39,533 bases of DNA from a virus. The notes below the pieces were generated by a model that did not search any database, was not told the origin of the DNA, and saw only the letters and a program-made list of their open reading frames with translations. Each line of letters opens with the position of its first letter. Position 1 is the stretch's first letter. Below, piece by piece: positions 15,981-26,205 of the stretch. The DNA lies in the IMG/VR virus record IMGVR_UViG_3300045988_094722; one strand, 5' to 3'. The translations under genes were made by a program, and so were the position numbers.

Positions 15981-16426
15981 AGCCTGTTATCAAATCCATG
16001 CAGGAATGGCTGAAAACCTGCCCTCTGGTAGCATCTGCGCAGGACGAGGGCGTTGCGTTCCGCGTTTCGTGGCTGAGCCCGGACGTGGATGAATACTCCA
16101 TCGAAGACGTGCCCACGCAACCGATTCTGGCCAAACGGCTCAACGGTACGATCCGGCAAAAGGTGTTTGCCCTGTCCTCACGCGAGGAGTACAACTCCGA
16201 CGTGGAGCATCAGGCCGAACGTTCCGGCTTCTGGGATGACCTGACCGCATGGGTAGAAGCCCAGAGCCGCACAAAGAACTTGCCCGCGCTCGGAGATGGC
16301 CGCATCCCGATCGGCGTGGCCGTCACGACCACCGGCTACATCATCACCGCAGATGATGGCCGGTGCCGGGCGCAGATTCAATTACAAATCGTATATTTTC
16401 AACCGAAAGGGGTTGCTATCACATGA
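15977..16426 (+). CDS. Tail completion / neck protein (Minor_capsid_3-like)
   Basis: ATGA coupling and position. Confidence 0.6.
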   Translation: MKPVIKSMQEWLKTCPLVASAQDEGVAFRVSWLSPDVDEYSIEDVPTQPILAKRLNGTIRQKVFALSSREEYNSDVEHQAERSGFWDDLTAWVEAQSRTKNLPALGDGRIPIGVAVTTTGYIITADDGRCRAQIQLQIVYFQPKGVAIT

Positions 16427-16923
16427 CTGTTACCGAAGCGATGAAGGGCATCACGCCCGACCCTGACAAGGTGGGCTTCCAGATGGCCGACGACTTCATT
16501 CTTGCCTTCAAAACTGCGGACACGCAGAACAAAGAGGGCGACTACATCGTGTGCGAGTCGATGGTGGAAGAGCATTCTGCTGCCGTCAATTCCAGCACGA
16601 CCGATAAAAACTACATCCGACAGGGACAGGTCACGATCAAGACCAATACCCAGCGGGTGTTCACCATCAACGCCGACCGCTACCACGACGAAAAGACCGC
16701 GTTCTTTGACTGGATCAGCTCGTTCAAGATGGTTCACGGCGTGGGGTCGGACGTCATTGCCGACTATGTGTATTTCAACATGTTCACCGGAAAGGGCGAG
16801 AAGGGCCGCGCCACCGTCAATGTGACTGCGGATTCCACCAACGGCGCAGGCAACATCGCGGGCTACACCGTCACCGTTTCCAGCGTAAAAAAGCCGGAAG
16901 AGTTTACATACGTCGCAGCCTGA
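16423..16923 (+). CDS. Major tail protein
   Basis: ATGA coupling, 166 aa, and followed by a strong terminator. Confidence 0.7.
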   Translation: MTVTEAMKGITPDPDKVGFQMADDFILAFKTADTQNKEGDYIVCESMVEEHSAAVNSSTTDKNYIRQGQVTIKTNTQRVFTINADRYHDEKTAFFDWISSFKMVHGVGSDVIADYVYFNMFTGKGEKGRATVNVTADSTNGAGNIAGYTVTVSSVKKPEEFTYVAA

Positions 16924-16936
16924 GCGCTGCATACAG

Positions 16937-16966
16937 ACCGTCTGGCACACCGCCAGGCGGTTTTTT
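16937..16966 (+). terminator. Rho-independent terminator
   Basis: 10-bp stem ACCGTCTGGC/GCCAGGCGGT (one G.U), a 5-nt loop and a T5 tail. Confidence 0.75.
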
Positions 16967-17029
16967 ACCGCCTGAAAAGAAAAAAGCCGGGGCAGTACCG
17001 GCAAAGGCGCATTTGAAAGGAGATAACAG

Positions 17030-17431
17030 ATGGAATTCCGTGGTATTACGTTCGATTTCAAGCCCACCCGCGCAAGCGACGCCGAACGGATGGAAAACGC
17101 CGACAAGACTCTCGGCAAAAGCTGGGGCACACTGAATGTGGAGAAGCTGGGTGCAGGTGCCGCAATTCTGGCAATGTGCAACCTGTATGACGACTATTTC
17201 AGCGATATTCTGGGCGACGACTACGCCGACAAGCTGGGCGTAGACACCGAAGATCTTGACGAAATGATGCCGCTGTACAGCGAGTTCCAGCAGACGACCA
17301 AAGCATTCGCCGACGACATGGTAGCAAAGGCTATGGCAAGCCTGCCAAAGAAGGGCGAAAACGCAGCCTCCCATGCACCGGTCAACCGTGAGCAGCGGCG
17401 GGCAGAACGCCGGGCACACCGGAAGCACTGA
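17030..17431 (+). CDS. Tail assembly chaperone
   Basis: Position between the major tail and tape measure genes; acidic protein. Confidence 0.6.
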   Translation: MEFRGITFDFKPTRASDAERMENADKTLGKSWGTLNVEKLGAGAAILAMCNLYDDYFSDILGDDYADKLGVDTEDLDEMMPLYSEFQQTTKAFADDMVAKAMASLPKKGENAASHAPVNREQRRAERRAHRKH

Positions 17432-18033
17432 TGAAACCGACCTGTTTTTTCGCAGACGCGCTGCCCGACGGCTTCAACCCGGATTTCCGGGCATGGATCA
17501 ACTATGAGGTCATGTCTAACGCTGCCACAACGCCGGAGGAACAAGCCGCCGTTGCAAGGTACGCCGAAGAGGTGCTTGTAGGGCGCAAGATCCGTGACGA
17601 CGACCTGCCCGCGTTCCTCAACTTCTACCGGTGCGGAGAAAACACCATCCAGACCGAGGAAAAGACCCGGCAGGTGTTCGGCAGCAAGGCCAGAAGCTAC
17701 GACTTCGCGGTGGATGGACAGCTCATCTACGCGGCGTTCTGGCAGGCCTACGGCATCGACCTCAACAACGTGAATCTGCATTGGTGGGAGTTCATGGCTC
17801 TGTTCCGTGGGCTGCCCGACGAGTGCCGCATCTGCAAGATCATGGAGTACCGCACCGCCGACACCTCCGATATGCCAAAGGAGACCAAGGCACAGTACGA
17901 CAAGCTCCGCCGGGTGTACGCCCTGCCGGAGACTTCTGGAGGTGAACGTCGGTATGCCAGTTTCGCAGACCGCAAGGCCGCTGCCATCGCGCGGCACAAC
18001 GCGCTTGACCACAAGCCCAGAAACGGGCAATAG
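17431..18033 (+). CDS. Gp15-family tail protein
   Basis: Motif SYDFAVDGQLIYAAFWQAYGIDLNNVNLHWWEFMALFRGL is typical of the Phage_Gp15 family. Confidence 0.8.
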   Translation: MKPTCFFADALPDGFNPDFRAWINYEVMSNAATTPEEQAAVARYAEEVLVGRKIRDDDLPAFLNFYRCGENTIQTEEKTRQVFGSKARSYDFAVDGQLIYAAFWQAYGIDLNNVNLHWWEFMALFRGLPDECRICKIMEYRTADTSDMPKETKAQYDKLRRVYALPETSGGERRYASFADRKAAAIARHNALDHKPRNGQ

Positions 18034-18040
18034 AAGCCCT

Positions 18041-18163
18041 GTGCGCTGCCCTTTTTGCGGCAAGGCAAGTTCAGTCTGGGCGGACGAAACCGCTCACGCA
18101 GGCGGTCTCTGGGTCAAATGCAAGAACCCCGTGTGCAAGCGGGAATTTGAAATAAAAATCTGA
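18041..18163 (+). CDS. Possible Com-like zinc-ribbon peptide (40 aa)
   Basis: GTG start with a weak SD. Translation RCPFCGKASSVWADETAHAGGLWVKCKNPVCKREFEIKI. The start is uncertain (TTG at 18005 is an alternative). Confidence 0.35.
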   Translation: MRCPFCGKASSVWADETAHAGGLWVKCKNPVCKREFEIKI

Positions 18164-18205
18164 GCGTGTGCCTTTGTGCCGGTGCTCCCACGGGGAGGGG
18201 TATAA

Positions 18206-20935
18206 ATGGCACAAAATCCGGATTTTGAAGTTCATGGACAGGTAACGCTCGACAATTCCGACGTCAAGCAGGTCCTTGACGACTCGCAGGCCAAGGCGGA
18301 AAAGACCGCCAAGGAAACCGGCACAAAAATCGGCGATGCGGCCGATGACGCGGCGGAAAAGGTCAAGAAAAAGAGCCAGGAGACCCGCGATCAGCTGGCC
18401 TCCGACACCAAAAAAGCCGGAAAGCAGACCGAGCAAACGGCAAAGGATACCACCGAGAAGGTCAAAAAGCAGTTTGAGGCGGGTTCCGTTGCTATCGGAA
18501 ACATTATTTCCGGGCTGGTCACAAAAATTGCCAGCGCAGGCAAAGACCTAATCAAGCAAGGCATTTCCTATAACGCCCAGATCGAGACCTACCGCACCGG
18601 CCTGACCAATATGCTGGGCGACGCGGAAAAGGCCAACACCGCCCTTGAAAACATCAAGCAGGACGCAGCCCGGACGCCGTTCGACACGGCTTCTCTTGTC
18701 AAGGCGAACCAATACCTTATCTCTGCCGGTGAGAACGCTGAATACAGCCGCAAGACCATCCTTGCGCTGGGCGACGCGGTTTCAGCCACCGGAGGCACCT
18801 CCGTCGAGCTTGAACGCATGGCGCAGAACCTCCAACAGGTCGCAAACGTCGGCAAGGCGTCCAGCGTGGATATCAAGCAGTTTGCGTTTGCAGGCATCAA
18901 TATCTATCAGGTGCTTGCAGATTATACCGGCAAGTCCATTCAGGACGTCCAGAACATGACGATCTCCTACGACCTGCTGACGAAATCGTTGCAGGCCGCA
19001 GCAGAAGAGGGCGGACGCTACTATAACAGCATGGAAACGCAGAGCGAGACGTTCAACGGCTCACTCTCCACCCTCAAGGACAACGTTTCACAGCTAGTTG
19101 GCGTACTATCATCCGAATTATCAGAAACCGTTGGTCAACTTATAACCAAAGCGAATGAGCTGACCGTGGCAATGAAGAACGGCTTCCAAACAGACGGCAT
19201 TGTCGGAATGATGAATGCCGCCAGCGAAGCCGAGCCTAAAATCTCCGGTTTGACCAATGCAATCAAATTTTGCATTGAAAACGGTTCAGCGTTAAAAATT
19301 CTGATTGGAACGCTCGTCGGTGCGTTAATCGCATATAAGACAGTGGCGACAGCTGCCACCATTGCGCAAAACTTGCTTAATGCCGCAATGAGCGCAAATC
19401 CGATTGGTATTGTCGTCGGCTTAGTAGGCGCACTTGCTGGAGGCCTGATTACAGCCTACAACAACAGCGAAACTTTCCGTTCCGGAGTCAACCATCTGAA
19501 ATCTGCTTTCGACAACCTCAAGTCTTCGATTGTTAATGCAACAAAAGCCCTTATAGGATATCAGGCCGCAACGGTGGACGACGATGGTTTTGGTGGTAGC
19601 GAGGGCGGAGAATTCACTCCAAAATCGGCCTACATCAACAAAACTACAGATGCAGAGCGAGAGAGAAGACAAAAGCTGCATGAACAGCGTGTTAGAAAAT
19701 CTCAGCTTGAACATCTAATAAGCAGTATTACAACCGGAGATGACAACGGCGGTTCCGGTGGATCTGGCGGCACGTCGCCAAATACAACAGACTCTCGGCA
19801 GGTAACAAAGACCGTCACCGACACCAAAAAGACCGTTGATGGTAGCATCAAGACCGTTACAAAAATTTTTGACGATGGAACGAAGCAGGTAACAAAAACC
19901 ACCACCAAAGCCGGAAAAGAAATGGTGGATGGGGTCGAGCGCAACGTCACCACTGTAGAGACCAAAGTTGATGAATTTGCAACCGAAACCGCAACCGTTG
20001 CAAAAAAGACCTCGACCACCGTTCAGAAAGAGATTACGGACATTGAGGAGCAGGCTGTAAAGTCTCTCCGAGAGGTCGAGAAAGAGCTGAAACAGAGCTT
20101 CACAAGCGAAACGTCGGATGGTATTCTCGGCATCCTCAAAGATGGCATTTCCAACATCAAGAATCAGGACTGGGGCGGCATTGCGCTCGACGTCGTCAAG
20201 CTGATCTGGGGCGAGGTCGATGCGGAACAACGCAAAACCGTCACCAAGTGGGCTGGCAACGTTCTCAAAGTCATCAACGACGAGTACGCAAGCGGCGGAT
20301 TGTCTAGTGTTGGAAACACCATCAAAACGCTGCTGTCCGGCGGCGAGTTGGTTCTGAACACCGAAGAAGGTGCAACGACCCTCGCTTCCATCAGCAAGAT
20401 CGTTTCTGACCTGACCGCAAGCGGCGGCATGGGCGAAGTGCTGGGCACGATGGCCACAAAACTGGGCAGTCTGTTCGGCACACTGGCCACTAAGATCGGC
20501 AGCGTCGGCACAGCCCTCAGCGGGCTGGCGACGAAGCTTGTGGGCGTGATCGCGGCAAACCCTGAGATCTTTGCCATCCTCGCCATCGTCGCCGGAGTCG
20601 CCGCCCTCGGCGCGTACATCTGGAAGAAGCACGGCAAGGAAATCAGCGGTTGGTGGAGCGGCCTTTGGGCGGATAAACCCACCGCCGCACCTGCCTCCAA
20701 CTACCAGCAGAGCGACAGCATCACCGCTGCCCGTCTGGTACAGGAATCTCAGGCCGCTGCAGCGGCCAACCAGCAGAGCACGACTCGTGTGCAGAGCGGA
20801 ACCGGAAGCGCGGCAAGCCAACAGCTGAACGCCAGCTGGCGCGGATCTTCCACCACCATCTTGAACCTGGACGGCAGAGAAGTGGCCCGCTCTACCGCGC
20901 CTTATATGGACGAAGAACTTGCATTCAGGTCGTAA
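18206..20935 (+). CDS. Tape measure protein
   Basis: 909 aa, helical and repetitive with internal TM segments, in the expected position. Confidence 0.9.
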   Translation: MAQNPDFEVHGQVTLDNSDVKQVLDDSQAKAEKTAKETGTKIGDAADDAAEKVKKKSQETRDQLASDTKKAGKQTEQTAKDTTEKVKKQFEAGSVAIGNIISGLVTKIASAGKDLIKQGISYNAQIETYRTGLTNMLGDAEKANTALENIKQDAARTPFDTASLVKANQYLISAGENAEYSRKTILALGDAVSATGGTSVELERMAQNLQQVANVGKASSVDIKQFAFAGINIYQVLADYTGKSIQDVQNMTISYDLLTKSLQAAAEEGGRYYNSMETQSETFNGSLSTLKDNVSQLVGVLSSELSETVGQLITKANELTVAMKNGFQTDGIVGMMNAASEAEPKISGLTNAIKFCIENGSALKILIGTLVGALIAYKTVATAATIAQNLLNAAMSANPIGIVVGLVGALAGGLITAYNNSETFRSGVNHLKSAFDNLKSSIVNATKALIGYQAATVDDDGFGGSEGGEFTPKSAYINKTTDAERERRQKLHEQRVRKSQLEHLISSITTGDDNGGSGGSGGTSPNTTDSRQVTKTVTDTKKTVDGSIKTVTKIFDDGTKQVTKTTTKAGKEMVDGVERNVTTVETKVDEFATETATVAKKTSTTVQKEITDIEEQAVKSLREVEKELKQSFTSETSDGILGILKDGISNIKNQDWGGIALDVVKLIWGEVDAEQRKTVTKWAGNVLKVINDEYASGGLSSVGNTIKTLLSGGELVLNTEEGATTLASISKIVSDLTASGGMGEVLGTMATKLGSLFGTLATKIGSVGTALSGLATKLVGVIAANPEIFAILAIVAGVAALGAYIWKKHGKEISGWWSGLWADKPTAAPASNYQQSDSITAARLVQESQAAAAANQQSTTRVQSGTGSAASQQLNASWRGSSTTILNLDGREVARSTAPYMDEELAFRS

Positions 20936-20945
20936 GGAGTAACAC

Positions 20946-21701
20946 ATGGAAAACACATTTTGGGTGGATGACCACGGCGGTTCTGAGTTTGGCGCGATGC
21001 TTCTGGCCGATTATTCGGTCGGAGCACCGAGCATCTCGCAGGATTACGTTGTTGCGTCCACCGGAAGCCGCATCACAGCAGGCGGCACCCGGTACGGGCT
21101 GAGAACCATCACACTGCCAATCGTCATCGAAGGGCGCAGCCCAGAGGATGCAGAAGATAAGAGAAGCCATTTAACAGCTGCTCTGCTGAAGCGCACGGTG
21201 GAGCTGTGCCTTCCGGACGGTGGGCTGTATACCTGTCTGCTGACCGATGGCGGCAAAAAGGCAGAGATCGACCGGGACGGAAAATTTATCGAGATGAGCT
21301 ATACGTTGGTCGGCTACAAGCACGGCCCGCTGGAAACGCTGGTCTTTACAAACCCGGATGGAACGATCAGCTTTTTCGCGGCTGGAACAGCAGAAACGAT
21401 GGAATGCCGCATCACGGCCACTGTGGCGAAAAGCCATTCCGGCACCGTGTACATCTTTTACCCCAACAGCACACAATCCAACTGCAATTTCAACAGCGGC
21501 GCACTGAAGGGCGGCGACACCGTTATCGTGGACGGCATCGAAAAGAGGCTCACCGTCAACGGTTCGGCTGGCATGAAACTGCTCAACAAGATTTCGGGCG
21601 GATGGCCAAGGGTCGTGCGTGGAGAAAACAAGCTGTACACATCGCAAAAAATTATGCCGTTCTCGCAGATCGCGATTGAGTACTATCCGATCTATATTTA
21701 A
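20946..21701 (+). CDS. Distal tail protein (Dit)
   Basis: Size and position after the tape measure gene. Confidence 0.75.
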   Translation: MENTFWVDDHGGSEFGAMLLADYSVGAPSISQDYVVASTGSRITAGGTRYGLRTITLPIVIEGRSPEDAEDKRSHLTAALLKRTVELCLPDGGLYTCLLTDGGKKAEIDRDGKFIEMSYTLVGYKHGPLETLVFTNPDGTISFFAAGTAETMECRITATVAKSHSGTVYIFYPNSTQSNCNFNSGALKGGDTVIVDGIEKRLTVNGSAGMKLLNKISGGWPRVVRGENKLYTSQKIMPFSQIAIEYYPIYI

Positions 21702-21714
21702 GGAGGTGCGCTTT

Positions 21715-22806
21715 TTGCTTTCCATCATTTTGGATACCGGGCAGGAGATCCCGCTGGATTATGACGGATACTGCATCGAACAGAATACAAACGGTTGGGA
21801 AGACAAGCTGAGGTTTACGCTTCCGCTCAACCACCCGCAGGCCTATTTACTGTCTGAGCGGGTGCGCATCTGGGAGACGACGCAAAATCAGGTATACGCC
21901 ATTTCCAGCGTCAGCAACGGAAAAACGGACACGGCCTATGAAGCCCGTCTTGACCTGGACAGCCTGTGCGCGGTTCTTCTTGCAGACTGGAACAACTTTG
22001 TTCAAACGGGCATTTTCAAAAAGGGTCCTCAGACGATGGAAGACACCATCAGGCGGGCCCTCAGTGAAATTTCCGGGTGGAGCCTTTTTGTTATGGGCGA
22101 AACGTCCGAAAAGTTGGCAATCGAGAATTTTTTCGGGACTCCTCTGGAGCTCATCAAAAAAACCGTGGAAGTCTGGCCGGATTACACGGTGCGGCTGCAA
22201 GTTCCCAAAAGCGGCCTCAAGCTAATGGACGTGCACGAACCTGGAAATGAAGCGGAAGCGACAGAGACGTTCTTCTCCGATGAGCTGAACCTTCGGGAAC
22301 GGCCTTCCTTCAAGGGAAAGGCCGAATCTGGGGACAGCTACTATACAGAGCTTCGTCTCTATGGGAAAGATGGGATCTATGTAGATGTGAGCTGTCACGA
22401 TTACGATAAGCGCGTCATCTGGCACACCGAAACGGACAGCTCCATTGAAGACACAAACGCACTGAGGCTAAAAGCAGACAAAATGATAAAATCGGCTGCT
22501 TTTCCGTCCCGGTCATACAGCTGCAACGTGATCGACCTGTACGAGCACGACAAACAAAAGTATCCCAATATGGAGATCGAGCTCTACAAGGCCATAACGT
22601 TGATGGATTCAGACACAGGATCCACGTCCACATTGCAGATCGCACAAAAAACGATCTATCCATACTACCCGGAAAAGAACCAGGTGCAGCTTAACACGGT
22701 GGCCGGAAACATCTCGAAGAAATCGCAGAAATATTCCGGCAGGGTCATCGAGTACACCGATTCAAACGCCACACAGGCAGAAGAAAACGAAAAGGAGACA
22801 GTATAG
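21715..22806 (+). CDS. Tail-associated/baseplate hub protein (Tal-like)
   Basis: TTG start 8 nt after AGGAGG. Position after Dit. Confidence 0.7.
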   Translation: MLSIILDTGQEIPLDYDGYCIEQNTNGWEDKLRFTLPLNHPQAYLLSERVRIWETTQNQVYAISSVSNGKTDTAYEARLDLDSLCAVLLADWNNFVQTGIFKKGPQTMEDTIRRALSEISGWSLFVMGETSEKLAIENFFGTPLELIKKTVEVWPDYTVRLQVPKSGLKLMDVHEPGNEAEATETFFSDELNLRERPSFKGKAESGDSYYTELRLYGKDGIYVDVSCHDYDKRVIWHTETDSSIEDTNALRLKADKMIKSAAFPSRSYSCNVIDLYEHDKQKYPNMEIELYKAITLMDSDTGSTSTLQIAQKTIYPYYPEKNQVQLNTVAGNISKKSQKYSGRVIEYTDSNATQAEENEKETV

Positions 22807-22809
22807 CAT

Positions 22810-25245
22810 ATGCAGACGCTTAAAATGGATTTCCAGAGCCAGAGCGCCCCACCGGTTGTTCCGGTCATGCAGTTTGATGCACAGAGCCGCTTTATCGGCA
22901 TCACCCTATACAACGGCGGCGTTCCGTACGAGGCCCCAGAGGGTGCAAGCTATACCGTGCAGTATTGCGGCCCCGGTGCCAACAACATGGGCTGGTACGA
23001 CACCATCCAGCTTTCCAGCGGCACACGCAAGGCGGTCATCGTAGACAGCGCCAGCAAAAACGTTGTCACCCTTGAGCTTGCAGAGCAGGCTTTGCGCGTC
23101 AGCGGAAACGTCTTTGTCAATCTCTGTGTAGTCACCAATACCGGATACATGCTCAAGACCTTTCCTATCCTCTGCCGCGTCACCGGCGCAGCGTTCCCCG
23201 ATACCGTCGCGGTGCAGTCTTTCTTCTACGTCACCGGCATCACCTCCGAGCAGTGGCTTGCCTATGTCACTGCCTGCCAGGACGCACAGAAACGGGCGGA
23301 GGATGCAGCGGCGAAGTTCGTCACTGACCCCACCCTCTCCCTCTCTGGCAAGGCGGCGGATGCGGCAAAGGTGGGAGAGGCGGTTGGCGAGCTAAAGGAA
23401 GATTTAACCGAAAAGATTCCGCTTGGTATTGATATAAAAAACTATCTTGATTCTGGGAATATGACAACTGATGGCTATATTGACACCAACACTGGTAACG
23501 TAATTGACTATAATTTATGGTGTTATAGCGATTATATCGCAACTAAGCCTGGTGCTACGCTTTGTACAATCGGATGGGATAGCAAGCAAAACCTATGGAA
23601 AATAAGAAATACAACGTATGTTGCGTTTTATAATGCAAATAAAACGTTTATATCAGGTTATATTGCAGAAGCAGGCAAAACATACAATGTCCCTAAAAGC
23701 TGCTCATACATGAGAGTATCTTTTTCTGTTGACGAACTAAACTATTCTCCGTTGATTGTGGAGAAAGATGCTTACGACAAAATGGCATTAGTTGAAGACA
23801 GGATTCCGTATGGGAATTTTATCCCAACCATTTACGACAAAATGGGCGGCGAATATGTTCTTATCAGAAACCCTTACTGTGTAAAAAGTTATGATAAGCT
23901 TTTTTTCAAATTTGACATGATTGTTTTTTATAAAAATGGGGTTCAAGTACAGCTTGATTATAATTTCTTGGCGTGGAAAGAAATGTTTCCGAACAATTGG
24001 CAGGGATACCCAACTTCAAAAATGTCTGACTGCGTATTTTTGAAAAATAACGAAATTTTCACGTTAGAAGTTAAAACAAAAAAGCCGAAAATAATCACTA
24101 GACCATATTTTCTTGATAATCCAGAAAAATACGTTTTAATACTTGGATATGATTCAACAAATCAATCGTACGGCCCGTTTGATGCGCAGTATCGCCTCTT
24201 AAATGATGATTCGTACGAAAGGCAAAGGTTTGAGAGCCTTTCCAACGAAACATTGACAAAGCTATACGACCAAGCAAGCCCTGTTTACAAAATTCTGAGC
24301 GATGAACATTTCTGCTTTGCGTGGTTATCGGACAACCATATGTACGGAACTGCGGGCGAAGATGAGACGGATATGACGGATCTGGCGATCGGCGAGATCG
24401 ACAAAACTCTAAATTTTAACGCTATTTTCAACACAGGTGACAGTATCCAAGAACGAGAAGGAGTTTCAGGGATAAAATCGCTTAGAAAAATAGCAAACCG
24501 ATTTGACCCTGATAAGCTTGTTTTTTGTGAAGGGAATCACGACAGAAATGTTGTTTCGCCACGATTAACAAAAACAGAATTTTACAATGTCGTTTATCGC
24601 CAAACCAAAAATAAAAATATCGTGTGGGGAAGCAAAGAAAATGCGTATTATTATCGTGATTTTCCAACATACAAAATTAGAGTTATCGTGCTAAATGTAT
24701 ATGAGCATATGTATGATAACGATAAATACGACGAAGGAAAATGTGGATATTCAAACACACAGCTTGAGTGGCTGGCAAATAAAGCGCTGCAAACGTTAGA
24801 AGACTGGTCCGTAATTGTTCTCACACACGATTCGCCGATAGAGATGGCTTATAACGGCGCGGCAAATCAGAACAATGCCATGCAGCTTGTTCAAATTCTT
24901 GAAGCCTTCAAAGACGGAAATAATATAGCAGTCCAATATACCGACGAAAGAAATTCTGGGCTGTTCTCGGTCAATGTAACAACTGCATTTTCGACGCCCG
25001 GAACCCTGATTGCTGTGCTATCAGGTCATGCTCACTGTGATGATGCAAAAAAAGTTAATGGCATCAATTACGTGCAAATTGTGTGCGCATATATAGACGT
25101 TGTAAATGATTATTCCGGCTATAAAAATCGACCGGCATTTTCCAGCAAAGCATACGCTTTCGACATCGGGATTATAAATACAGTCGAAAAATCTTTTCAG
25201 CTAAAACGTATCGGATACGGAAATGATAGAAATTTCACTTACTAA
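22810..25245 (+). CDS. Receptor-binding tail protein: BppU-like N-domain plus AT-rich distal part with calcineurin-like metallophosphoesterase domain
   Basis: The five phosphoesterase motifs SDNH, GDS, GNHD, LTHD and GHAH lie in nt about 24310-25060. There is a sharp compositional shift at about 23395. Confidence 0.8.
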   Translation: MQTLKMDFQSQSAPPVVPVMQFDAQSRFIGITLYNGGVPYEAPEGASYTVQYCGPGANNMGWYDTIQLSSGTRKAVIVDSASKNVVTLELAEQALRVSGNVFVNLCVVTNTGYMLKTFPILCRVTGAAFPDTVAVQSFFYVTGITSEQWLAYVTACQDAQKRAEDAAAKFVTDPTLSLSGKAADAAKVGEAVGELKEDLTEKIPLGIDIKNYLDSGNMTTDGYIDTNTGNVIDYNLWCYSDYIATKPGATLCTIGWDSKQNLWKIRNTTYVAFYNANKTFISGYIAEAGKTYNVPKSCSYMRVSFSVDELNYSPLIVEKDAYDKMALVEDRIPYGNFIPTIYDKMGGEYVLIRNPYCVKSYDKLFFKFDMIVFYKNGVQVQLDYNFLAWKEMFPNNWQGYPTSKMSDCVFLKNNEIFTLEVKTKKPKIITRPYFLDNPEKYVLILGYDSTNQSYGPFDAQYRLLNDDSYERQRFESLSNETLTKLYDQASPVYKILSDEHFCFAWLSDNHMYGTAGEDETDMTDLAIGEIDKTLNFNAIFNTGDSIQEREGVSGIKSLRKIANRFDPDKLVFCEGNHDRNVVSPRLTKTEFYNVVYRQTKNKNIVWGSKENAYYYRDFPTYKIRVIVLNVYEHMYDNDKYDEGKCGYSNTQLEWLANKALQTLEDWSVIVLTHDSPIEMAYNGAANQNNAMQLVQILEAFKDGNNIAVQYTDERNSGLFSVNVTTAFSTPGTLIAVLSGHAHCDDAKKVNGINYVQIVCAYIDVVNDYSGYKNRPAFSSKAYAFDIGIINTVEKSFQLKRIGYGNDRNFTY

Positions 25246-25287
25246 ACCAAAAAAGAGGGCTTTAACCAACTACAGAAAGGACGTGAC

Positions 25288-25974
25288 ATGATGGCAAAAA
25301 CTATTTTGGACGTTTCCCGCTGGCAGGGCCGCATCGACTGGGACAAGGTCAAGGCCAGCGGCCTTATCTCCGGCGTAATGCTCAAGACGGTATCCACCAA
25401 CAGCAAGCTGAGCAAACGCAAGGACGGGCTGTACATCGACCCGACGTTTGAGCACAACTATGCCGAGTGCAAGCGGCTGGGGATTCCGGTGGGCGTGTAC
25501 TACTACACCTACGCCGTCTCGCATACCAGTGCCGACGCAGAGCTTGCCCTGCTCAAAACTGCGCTGACCGGGAAAACCTTCGAGCTGCCGATCTGCGTGG
25601 ATGTGGAGGACAACAAGCTCCGCAAGCTTGGCAAGCAGGCGTTGACCGACCTGACCGCGTATGCGCTGGCGACCATCGAGCAGTGGGGCTTCTACGCTCT
25701 GCTGTACACCGGTCTCAATTTCGGTGAGACCCGGCTGTATATGGGCGGTGATGCATTGCGCAAGTACGATGTATGGCTGGCAAGATATCCCAGAGACAAG
25801 AGCAAAACCAAACCAGATGACAAGCCTAAAACAGACTTTTCTTTTGGCATGTGGCAGTACACCAGCAGCGCCAGCGTACCGGGCATCACGGGCAACGCAG
25901 ACCTTTCCCACGCTTACAAGGACTACGCCGCCATTATCGCGAAAAAGGGGCTGGACAGGCTCCGGGAGGGGTAA
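25288..25974 (+). CDS. Endolysin, GH25 muramidase
   Basis: LDVSRWQGRIDWDKVKASG..., GVYYYTYA and DVED are typical of GH25. Confidence 0.9.
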   Translation: MMAKTILDVSRWQGRIDWDKVKASGLISGVMLKTVSTNSKLSKRKDGLYIDPTFEHNYAECKRLGIPVGVYYYTYAVSHTSADAELALLKTALTGKTFELPICVDVEDNKLRKLGKQALTDLTAYALATIEQWGFYALLYTGLNFGETRLYMGGDALRKYDVWLARYPRDKSKTKPDDKPKTDFSFGMWQYTSSASVPGITGNADLSHAYKDYAAIIAKKGLDRLREG

Positions 25975-25979
25975 ACCGA

Positions 25980-26201
25980 ATGGAGAGTATCGCATCCGCC
26001 CTCATTACCGGTGCAATCACGCTGATCGGCGTTCTGATTGCCAATAGCAAAAGCCAAGCCGTGACCGAAACCAAGCTGGAAGAACTGACCAGAGAAGTCA
26101 GGGCACACAACAATTTCGCCCAGCGCATCCCCGTGCTGGAAGAGAAAATGAAGGTCGCCGATCACCGAATTGCCGACCTCGAAGAAAAGGAAAGGAACTG
26201 A
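25980..26201 (+). CDS. Holin-like protein (N-terminal TM plus coiled coil, BhlA-like)
   Basis: Internal ATG of ORF 25851..26201. N-terminus MESIASALITGAITLIGVLIANS. Confidence 0.55.
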   Translation: MESIASALITGAITLIGVLIANSKSQAVTETKLEELTREVRAHNNFAQRIPVLEEKMKVADHRIADLEEKERN

Positions 26202-26205
26202 TACC

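Noticed and set aside
17030-18033. Programmed -1 frameshift between the two genes upstream of the tape measure gene (G/GT type).
   Set aside because: The second gene is a complete Gp15-family protein with its own ATG overlapping the upstream TGA. I saw no slippery heptamer near the end of the first gene.
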